Positions 57,013 through 64,000 of a DNA stretch of 64,000 bases are shown one piece after another. Both the position numbers and the translations under genes were made by a program. The notes under the pieces were generated by a model. It was given only the letters and a program-made list of their open reading frames with translations. It was not told the DNA's origin and did no database searches. The DNA is from an uncultured Candidatus Saccharibacteria bacterium (lineage in GTDB: Bacteria > Patescibacteriota > Minisyncoccia > Minisyncoccales > Staskawiczbacteraceae): assembly GCA_964479955.1 (NCBI GenBank), contig CAYZNK010000001.1, forward strand, positions 144,091 to 208,090. The letters are read 5' to 3'. The first letter of the stretch is position 1. Every line of letters begins with the position of its first letter.

Positions 57013-57924
57013 ATGAAAATATTAGTTACCGGCGGAGCCGGATTTATTGGTTCTCATTTAGTAAATGAACTTATAGAACAGGGGAATGAAGTTGTGATAA
57101 TTGATAATTTGTCTACAGGTAAAAAAGAAAATATAAATTCAAAAGCAAAATTTTATAATCTTGATATTTGCGAATTTGAAAAAATTAAACCTGTTTTTAA
57201 TGGCATAGATTTTGTTTTTCATTTAGCTGCTATACCAAGGGTTCCTGTTTCAGTTCAAAATCCAATTGAAACCTCAAAAGTAAATATTTTAGGAACAATC
57301 AATGTTTTTAAGGCATCTGCAGAGGCCAATGTTAAAAGAGTTGTTTTTGCTTCTTCTTCGTCTGTTTACGGTGACCAAAAAACTTTGCCCTTAAAAGAGG
57401 ATATGATATCAAGTCCAAAAAGCCCTTATGCTCTTCAAAAATCAGTTGGAGAGCAGTTTGCAAAATTGTTCAATAATCTCTATAATATACCAATAGTTTC
57501 TTTGAGATATTTTAATGTTTATGGCCCAAGAATAGACTTTAACTCTGAATATAGTTTGGTTTTGGGAAAATTTTTAAAATTAAAAAGCCAGTCAAAACCC
57601 CTAACAGTTTTCGGTACGGGTAGTCAAACAAGGGGTTTTTGCTTTATTGATGATGTTGTAAAAGCTAATATTGCAGCCGCAACATCCAAAAATATAAAAG
57701 GAGGAGAGGTTATAAATGTGGGAAGCACTAAATCTTATTCAATCAATTATTTGGCAGAGTTTATAGGGGGCAAAATTAAATACCTGCCTGAAAGGGAAGG
57801 CGATGTAATGCACACGAAAGCTGATATATCTTTGGCAAAAAAACTTCTTTTATGGCAACCCGAAGTTTCTTTTGACGACGGGGTTAAAAGGGTAATAAAT
57901 TGGTTTGAAAAATTATACAGTTAA
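57013..57924 (+). CDS. NAD-dependent epimerase/dehydratase (WbpP/GalE-like)
   Basis: TGGAGFIGSH, ASSSSVYG, SPYALQK, LRYFNVYGP. Confidence 0.92.
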   Translation: MKILVTGGAGFIGSHLVNELIEQGNEVVIIDNLSTGKKENINSKAKFYNLDICEFEKIKPVFNGIDFVFHLAAIPRVPVSVQNPIETSKVNILGTINVFKASAEANVKRVVFASSSSVYGDQKTLPLKEDMISSPKSPYALQKSVGEQFAKLFNNLYNIPIVSLRYFNVYGPRIDFNSEYSLVLGKFLKLKSQSKPLTVFGTGSQTRGFCFIDDVVKANIAAATSKNIKGGEVINVGSTKSYSINYLAEFIGGKIKYLPEREGDVMHTKADISLAKKLLLWQPEVSFDDGVKRVINWFEKLYS

Positions 57925-57942
57925 ATTAAACAAAATAAAAAT

Positions 57943-58773
57943 ATGGAGAAATCTTTAAAAGATATAAAAGTAGGCATAATAGGGGTTGGAATGGTTGGTG
58001 GGGCGCTGAAAAGATATTTTGAGAAAAAAGGAATTACACCCTTTGCCTATGACAAGGGCCAAAATTTAGGGTCTATGAATAATGTTAACCAAGCAGACAT
58101 GATTTTTATTTGCGTGCCAACTCCCTTTGATAAAGAAAAACAAGGTTTTGACCTGTCTTATGTAAAAGAAGCATGTAATAATATTAAAGGTGAAAAGATC
58201 ATAATTATAAAATCCACAGTTGTTCCGGGAACTACAGAGAATTTTCAGAAAGAATACCCTCAACACAAATTTTTATTTAATCCAGAATTTTTAACAGAGC
58301 TTACCGCTGACCAGGACATGGGTTATCCTGATAGGCAAATCGTAGGATATACAAAAGAAAGTTATAATGTGGCGGGAGATTTGCTCTTAATGCTCCCGTT
58401 GGCTCCTTTTGAAAAAACTATGCCTGCCAAAGAAGCCGAGCTAGTCAAATATTTTGGAAATACCTGGTTTGCTGTAAAAGTTGCCTTTGCAAATCAAATG
58501 TATGACTTGTGCCAAAAAATAGGCGTAAATTATGATACTATAATGGAGTCTGCTTCAGCTGATAAAAGAATCGGAAGGTCTCATTTAGAAGTATGGCATA
58601 AAGAATATAGAGGATATGGGGGGAAATGTTTGCCAAAGGATATTAGAGCTCTGATACAATACGCAAAGGCAAATGGAATTGATTTGACACTTCATAGAAC
58701 AGCAGAAGACATCAATAACAAGCTTATGGAAGACCAAAATATTCAGGACCCTGAAAAATTTTCAAAAAGATAA
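57943..58773 (+). CDS. UDP-glucose/GDP-mannose dehydrogenase family protein, short form
   Basis: GVGMVG, CVPTP, KSTVVPG, NPEFL, GYGGKCLPKD; no C-terminal UDP-binding domain. Confidence 0.88.
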   Translation: MEKSLKDIKVGIIGVGMVGGALKRYFEKKGITPFAYDKGQNLGSMNNVNQADMIFICVPTPFDKEKQGFDLSYVKEACNNIKGEKIIIIKSTVVPGTTENFQKEYPQHKFLFNPEFLTELTADQDMGYPDRQIVGYTKESYNVAGDLLLMLPLAPFEKTMPAKEAELVKYFGNTWFAVKVAFANQMYDLCQKIGVNYDTIMESASADKRIGRSHLEVWHKEYRGYGGKCLPKDIRALIQYAKANGIDLTLHRTAEDINNKLMEDQNIQDPEKFSKR

Positions 58774-58779
58774 CTTTAA

Positions 58780-59952
58780 ATGCAGAATAAAACGAAGGCA
58801 ATTTTTATAACTTTCAATGGAATTTCGGATCCGCTTGGGCAGTCGCAGGTTCTGCCATATTTGCAGGGATTAAGCAAAAGCGGAATAAAATTTTATTTGG
58901 TGAGCTTTGAAAAAAATATTAAAGATTCAGCAAAATTTTTTAAAATTTTATCCGAGGCGGGCATAAATTGGTATAGACTGAAATATTTTAAATTTCTTAA
59001 ACTTGGAATGGCCTTGAATATTTCGCAATGTTTTTTCTGCGTTAGTTATTTGTTAATTTTAAAGAAAGCAAGAATTATTCATTCCAGGTCATATCTTCCG
59101 ATATTTTCTATTTTTTTTATTAAAAAAATATTTAAGGCAAAAATTATTTTTGATATGAGAGGATTTTGGCCAGAAGAGTTAATAGATGGAAAGCGCATTA
59201 AAAAAAGTTCATTTTTTTATAAAATACTGAAATATTTGGAGAAAAAGAGTATTTTGGCATCGGACTATATAATAACTCTTACTCCGGAGGCAAAAAAAAT
59301 AATTGAGGACAATTATAGCCAAAAGAAAGTGGTATGGATGCCAACATGTGTTGACCCAGATAAATTTAGAAATAAAAGCGCAGTATCTCTTGAAAAAAGA
59401 TTTACAATGGTTTATGCTGGCAGTTTGTGGAGTTTTTATGATTTAGGTTCTTGTGCAGATTTTTTTAATATTTTAAAGACAAAGATTTCCGGAGCGCATT
59501 TTTTAGTTTTGGGAAATAATAACGAGCAGAAGTTAGACAAGCTTTTTTTAGAAAAAGGTTTGAAAAAAGAAGAATACACCATTATGAATTTAAGGCCATT
59601 GGATGTTCCTGGATATCTTTTGTCAGCAGACTTAGGAATATCTTTTAGATATGATTTTTATTCTCAAAAAGCGGCTTTTCCAACAAAACTTGCAGAATAC
59701 CTTATTGCTGGTTTGCCCGTGCTTATAAATACTCCCTCTGATTTTATTAAAGAATTTATAGAATCAAACAAAATTGGGGTTGTTGTGAATAATTTTGACA
59801 AAGAATCTTTTGAAAAAGCGGCTGATAAATTATTGGTCCTGCTGTCTGATAAAAATTTAAAACAAAGATGCGAGATTGCGTCCCAGAAATATCTATCTAA
59901 GAATGTTTGTGTTGAAAAATATACGGAAGTTTATCAAGAATTAACAAAATAA
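58780..59952 (+). CDS. Family 4-like glycosyltransferase
   Basis: LGQSQVLPYL, FDMRGFWPEE, PTKLAEYL. Confidence 0.88.
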   Translation: MQNKTKAIFITFNGISDPLGQSQVLPYLQGLSKSGIKFYLVSFEKNIKDSAKFFKILSEAGINWYRLKYFKFLKLGMALNISQCFFCVSYLLILKKARIIHSRSYLPIFSIFFIKKIFKAKIIFDMRGFWPEELIDGKRIKKSSFFYKILKYLEKKSILASDYIITLTPEAKKIIEDNYSQKKVVWMPTCVDPDKFRNKSAVSLEKRFTMVYAGSLWSFYDLGSCADFFNILKTKISGAHFLVLGNNNEQKLDKLFLEKGLKKEEYTIMNLRPLDVPGYLLSADLGISFRYDFYSQKAAFPTKLAEYLIAGLPVLINTPSDFIKEFIESNKIGVVVNNFDKESFEKAADKLLVLLSDKNLKQRCEIASQKYLSKNVCVEKYTEVYQELTK

Positions 59953-59957
59953 TATTT

Positions 59958-60491
59958 ATGATATTTCATAAAAATAAAATTGAAGGTCTTTATACGATAG
60001 AGCAGGATTTAAAATCAGATGAAAGGGGATATTTTGTCCGAAATTTTTGTTATAAAGAAATTTTAAAAGCAACCGGTGTTGAGTTCAATATAAAGCAAAT
60101 AAACCAGTCGCTTAGCAAAAAGCAGGGAACCTTAAGGGGGGTGCATTTTCAGATTTACCCCAAGGCTGAAAATAAAATAGTGCAGTGCTTAGCAGGAAAA
60201 ATTTTTGATGTTGCTCTTGATTTAAGGGAAGGGTCTGCCACTTACGGACAGTGGGTGGGAGAAGAATTATCTGCTGAAAATAAAAAACTGTTTTTTATAC
60301 CGAAAGGATTTGCTCACGGTTTTATATCTTTAGCGGATAATTGTTTAATACAATATTATTTATCCGAATTTTATTCTCCAGAATATGAAAGAGGTATTCG
60401 TTGGGATGATGCTTATTTTGGCATTAAATGGCCGGTAAAACCTTTGGTTATTTCTGAAAAAGATAAAAATTGGCCGTTAATCAAAGAATGA
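59958..60491 (+). CDS. rmlC: dTDP-4-dehydrorhamnose 3,5-epimerase
   Basis: DERGYF, GTLRGVHFQ, DVALDLR, IPKGFAHGF, SEKD. Confidence 0.94.
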   Translation: MIFHKNKIEGLYTIEQDLKSDERGYFVRNFCYKEILKATGVEFNIKQINQSLSKKQGTLRGVHFQIYPKAENKIVQCLAGKIFDVALDLREGSATYGQWVGEELSAENKKLFFIPKGFAHGFISLADNCLIQYYLSEFYSPEYERGIRWDDAYFGIKWPVKPLVISEKDKNWPLIKE

Positions 60492-61357
60492 AAAAAATTT
60501 TATTAACAGGAAAGACAGGACAGTTGGCCGGAGAAATTATAAAGGACGCAAAAAAATTTGGGTTTAAAGTTTTTGCTTTTGACAAACAGAATTTAGATAT
60601 ACAAGATAAGAATGAAGTTGAAAAAAAAATCAGAAAAATTAAACCAAACATACTTATAAATACTGCCGCTTATCATGTTCTTTCCTCATGCGAAGAGAAT
60701 CCTCCCTCTGCAATGAACGTTAATTTTTTAGCAGTTGCAAATTTGGCTATGTTATGCAAAAAATATAAAATAAAATTTATAACCTATAGCACAGATTATG
60801 TTTTTGACGGCAAAAAAGACTCTCCCTACAAAGAAAATGACACTCCAAATCCTTTGCAAATTTACGGAATTTCAAAACTTGCCGGCGAATATGCAGCTAT
60901 TAATATCTATCCTAAAAATAGTTTTATTATAAGAACCTGCGGGCTTTACGGTGGAAAAACGGGGAGTCCGGAAAAAGGCGGAAATTTTGTTTTAAATATA
61001 AGAAAGCAGGCCCTTAGAAAGGATAGTATAGAAATCAGTTCAGAGCAGATTGTGAGCCCCACTTATGCAGGAGACTTGAGCAAGGCAACACTAAAACTTA
61101 TTAGTAAAAAAATTGCAAAACCCGGGATATATCATCTTGTAAACAAAGGATTTTGCAGTTGGCATGAGTTTGCAGAGGAAATATTTAATTTATCAGGCAT
61201 TAACACAAAAATTAAGCCAATTGACAGAAAAGGAAGTTTTGAAAACATCAAAAAGCCAAAATTTTCCGCCTTGGAAAATACCAGGGCAAAATTAATAGGT
61301 ATAGGCCTCCCTCATTGGAAAGAAGGGTTGAAAGCCTATTTTAAGGAAATTTTATAG
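60488..61357 (+). CDS. rmlD: dTDP-4-dehydrorhamnose reductase
   Basis: TGKTGQL, STDYVFDG, YGISKLAGE, SPT; ATGA overlap with the rmlC stop. Confidence 0.93.
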   Translation: MKKILLTGKTGQLAGEIIKDAKKFGFKVFAFDKQNLDIQDKNEVEKKIRKIKPNILINTAAYHVLSSCEENPPSAMNVNFLAVANLAMLCKKYKIKFITYSTDYVFDGKKDSPYKENDTPNPLQIYGISKLAGEYAAINIYPKNSFIIRTCGLYGGKTGSPEKGGNFVLNIRKQALRKDSIEISSEQIVSPTYAGDLSKATLKLISKKIAKPGIYHLVNKGFCSWHEFAEEIFNLSGINTKIKPIDRKGSFENIKKPKFSALENTRAKLIGIGLPHWKEGLKAYFKEIL

Positions 61358-61361
61358 ATTT

Positions 61362-62459
61362 ATGAGAGTATTATTTTTAGCCGCTTATTCTGAAATAGCA
61401 GCGGCTAGCAGAATTAAGGTTTACCAGCTTTTGCCTTTATTAGAGAAAAAGGGAATAAAATGCAAGGTCATTTGTTTTACTCCGTCTTTTGTTTTCAAAA
61501 TAAGACAAGCTTCTGTTGCAAACAGGAATTTATTGCTGGTTTATTATGCTTTTCTTTACCTTATCAGGCCGCTTAAAACTGTTCTGGCTATTTTATTGGC
61601 TCCGGGATTTGATATTGTTTATATTCAAGAACCCATAATCCCATTTGGCATGGAAAGAATTTTGAAAATAGCAAACAAAAATATAGTTTTTTTGTTTACG
61701 GACGCTATTTTTTTAGGACCCCAAAAAAAAGATAAATTTTTGGAAAAGGCAAGAAAAAAGATTTTATCAAAATATTGGAAAAGAATATCAAATGTTTCCA
61801 AATACTGTCTGGTTGAAAATGATTATAATAAGGAAGCTGTATTGAAATTTTGTCCTAATGTAGAAAAAATAGCAGGGCCAATGGATACAGATAGGTATAT
61901 TGTAAAGGAATATAAAAAACATTCCGGCCCTATTGTTATCGGATGGGTTGGAACTGTTTTTACTTCAAAATATTTATATGGAATTAAAAGCGCCCTTCAA
62001 AATTTGGCAAAAAAACATGATATTGTTTTAAGAGTAATGGAGGCGACAAAAGATTTTAATATTAAGGGGGTAGTTTGTGAGAAAAAAACATGGAAAAAAG
62101 AAATAGAGCTTGATGAAGTTTCAAAATTTGACATTGGAATTATGCCTTTGCCAGATGATGAATGGACTAGGGGAAAAGGGGGGTTTAAGCTTTTGCAGTA
62201 TATGTCTCTGGGAGTTTGCGCTGTTGCTTCTCCTGTTGGAATCAATAAGGAAATAGTAGATGACGAAATAAACGGATTTTTAGCAAAAGACCAAGAAGAA
62301 TGGGAGCAAAAACTATCCAGACTAATTGAAGATGAAAATCTGCGCCGTAAAATGGGGGAAAATGCCAGAGCTACAATTGAAAATAGATATTCTTTGCAAA
62401 AAGCTATTGAAAAAATATTAAAAATTTTTAACCAAATTCAAAGCAATGGAAATTTTTAA
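61362..62459 (+). CDS. Family 4-like glycosyltransferase
   Basis: ASRIKVYQ, IGWVG, DIGIMPL, GKGGFKLLQYM, ASPVG. Confidence 0.9.
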   Translation: MRVLFLAAYSEIAAASRIKVYQLLPLLEKKGIKCKVICFTPSFVFKIRQASVANRNLLLVYYAFLYLIRPLKTVLAILLAPGFDIVYIQEPIIPFGMERILKIANKNIVFLFTDAIFLGPQKKDKFLEKARKKILSKYWKRISNVSKYCLVENDYNKEAVLKFCPNVEKIAGPMDTDRYIVKEYKKHSGPIVIGWVGTVFTSKYLYGIKSALQNLAKKHDIVLRVMEATKDFNIKGVVCEKKTWKKEIELDEVSKFDIGIMPLPDDEWTRGKGGFKLLQYMSLGVCAVASPVGINKEIVDDEINGFLAKDQEEWEQKLSRLIEDENLRRKMGENARATIENRYSLQKAIEKILKIFNQIQSNGNF

Positions 62460-63933
62460 AAACAAATTATTTTCAACAATAACAACGCTTTTTTTAATTT
62501 TTGTTTTACTGGCAATATTTTATTTTGACAAGGCCTTATTGGTTGGCCTTGTTTTTGTCGGGGTTCTTATAATACTTACTTTTTTAACGCTTAAAAAGTA
62601 CAATTTATTGGATAAGCGAGTCTCTATAGCCTTCTGGTTTGGGTTTTTAATTCATTTTATTTTAGCTTTGCTTATGTATTACGCTAATTTTCATCCTTTG
62701 GGGCAGGGAGATTTTGTGTTGTACCACCAAATAGCAGAAAACGTGGCGAATAGAATTCATTCAGGAGTTTTTTATTTGGACGGTCTTAATTATCTGCACT
62801 ATTATCCTGTGTTAATTGGCGCAATTTATAGCTTTACAATACCCAAAATGATAATAGGCCAAATTTTATCAGCCTGGCTGGCAGGTATTTCTGTTTTGCT
62901 TGCTTATTTTCTGATGATTGAAATTGGAAGCTCAAAAAAAATGGCTTTCTTGGTCAGCGCAATCATTTGTTTTTATCCAAGTTTTGTTTATTTTGGAAGC
63001 TTAATGCTTAAAGACACTGTTATTTTACCCTTAGTTCTTTCTGGATTACTATTGTGCGTAAGAATGTTTAAAAATTACGAACCCTTAAAATTTTTTTCTT
63101 TTTTTATTATTTTAACTTTTATAATCCATCTAAGGTTTTACGTGGGTTTTGCATTAATGTTTAGTTTTATTATCTGTTGGTTTTTGATTTCTAACCTAAA
63201 AATTAAAAAAAGAATTGCATATGGTTTTATTTTTATTTTTATTTTAGGTTTTTCTCCATATATTATAGGATATGGTTATTATGGATTAACACCCCTTAAA
63301 GGATATTTAAACAAAGAAACAATAATAACCTACAGGGAAATCGTTTATGCCCCAACTCCAGCAATTTCTGAAGCAAATCCGGCTTCAGGATCAGGTTTTG
63401 GATTTAATATTGGCTCAATTTTTGGCATAAAGCCGGAAGGATCCAGTTCAGGTACGGGCACAGGGTCGTCTTTTATTGTAAAAACAGGCCTTGAAGAAAA
63501 CAACGCAAAATTCATTGAAAATTATTTTATTTCTTTTGTGTATGCATTCTTAGGTCCCTTTCCATGGCAATTAAAAAGTTTAAAACACTTGCTTTTTCTT
63601 ACAGAGACAGTACCGTGGTACTTTTTTCTTTACTTGATTTTATCGGGAATATCAAAATCATTTAAGACAGCAGGATTTTTTGAAACAATAAATCGTTATA
63701 AATTTTCGTTGATTCTTTTGCTGTTTTCTGCTATGGCTTTGGGGGCTCTTTCTCTTTTTATAAATAACTTTGGGATTATCGTCAGAATAAGGATACCCGC
63801 AGTTATTGCTATTTTATGCCTTCTTGGAATTGATAAAAATATGGATAATATAATTAACAAATTAACGGGATATTTTTATGAAAAAAAATTTGTTAAATTT
63901 TTTGGTTTGCCCGGATTGCAAGGGAAGTCTTAA
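62446..63933 (+). CDS. Polytopic membrane protein, probable glycan polymerase/GT-C-like
   Basis: About 12 TMs; GDFVLYH, SLMLKDT, PFPWQ, NFGIIVRIR; located in the glycan cluster. Confidence 0.6.
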   Translation: MEIFKNKLFSTITTLFLIFVLLAIFYFDKALLVGLVFVGVLIILTFLTLKKYNLLDKRVSIAFWFGFLIHFILALLMYYANFHPLGQGDFVLYHQIAENVANRIHSGVFYLDGLNYLHYYPVLIGAIYSFTIPKMIIGQILSAWLAGISVLLAYFLMIEIGSSKKMAFLVSAIICFYPSFVYFGSLMLKDTVILPLVLSGLLLCVRMFKNYEPLKFFSFFIILTFIIHLRFYVGFALMFSFIICWFLISNLKIKKRIAYGFIFIFILGFSPYIIGYGYYGLTPLKGYLNKETIITYREIVYAPTPAISEANPASGSGFGFNIGSIFGIKPEGSSSGTGTGSSFIVKTGLEENNAKFIENYFISFVYAFLGPFPWQLKSLKHLLFLTETVPWYFFLYLILSGISKSFKTAGFFETINRYKFSLILLLFSAMALGALSLFINNFGIIVRIRIPAVIAILCLLGIDKNMDNIINKLTGYFYEKKFVKFFGLPGLQGKS

Positions 63934-64000
63934 TTTAAAAGCACTTAAAGAAGAAAACTCAGAAACAAAAGAGGGTATTCTTTTGTGTAACTGTGGACAA
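63878..64000 (+). CDS. Trm112-like Zn-knuckle N-terminus, probably a methyltransferase fusion; 3'-truncated by the window edge
   Basis: MKKNLLNFLVCPDCKGSL...EGILLCNCG, open to the window end. Confidence 0.7.
   Translation, partial: MKKNLLNFLVCPDCKGSLNLKALKEENSETKEGILLCNCGQ

Overview
AT-rich bacterial chromosome segment using genetic code 11. Gene content and style (ComEC without an MBL domain, a CPR-type pilin, a PG-binding S-layer-like protein, DUF5667- and DUF6938-like proteins, short palindromic intergenic elements) suggest Patescibacteria/Parcubacteria; this is inference, not a database result. Layout: 1-17 kb is housekeeping (partial ftsA, an atypical ftsZ, nrdDG, comEC, a small glycosyltransferase/hydrolase cluster, htrA, clpB) with interspersed orphan genes that have their own promoters and terminators. 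17-30 kb is cell surface and regulation (pilin, a split lipase/lamin-tail/beta-helix protein, a DeoR-type HTH gene, an ECF sigma/anti-sigma pair, a 1209-aa S-layer-like protein). 30-64 kb is a large surface-glycan locus (O-antigen ligase, a carbamoyltransferase cassette, two flippases, many GTs and methyltransferases, a radical SAM enzyme, an inverted CDP-sugar/split-transketolase block, rmlCD). No rRNA, tRNA, CRISPR array or transposase was seen. Top observations: (1) a complete aromatic-amino-acid attenuator (leader peptide with FWFYF, alternative 1:2/2:3/3:4 stems) in front of a stand-alone DAHP-synthase regulatory-domain protein; (2) a carbamoyltransferase-SxtJ-like-small peptide-SGNH cassette whose 52-aa peptide, missed by the ORF track, ends in a DltX-like LIYPLF motif, suggesting an MBOAT-free trans-membrane carbamoyl relay; (3) a promoter bracketed by 14-bp inverted repeats, next to 20-bp-phased direct repeats, upstream of the ECF sigma/S-layer locus; (4) a tail-less FtsZ with a T7-loop Asp-to-Ser change and an RBS-sequestering inverted repeat.
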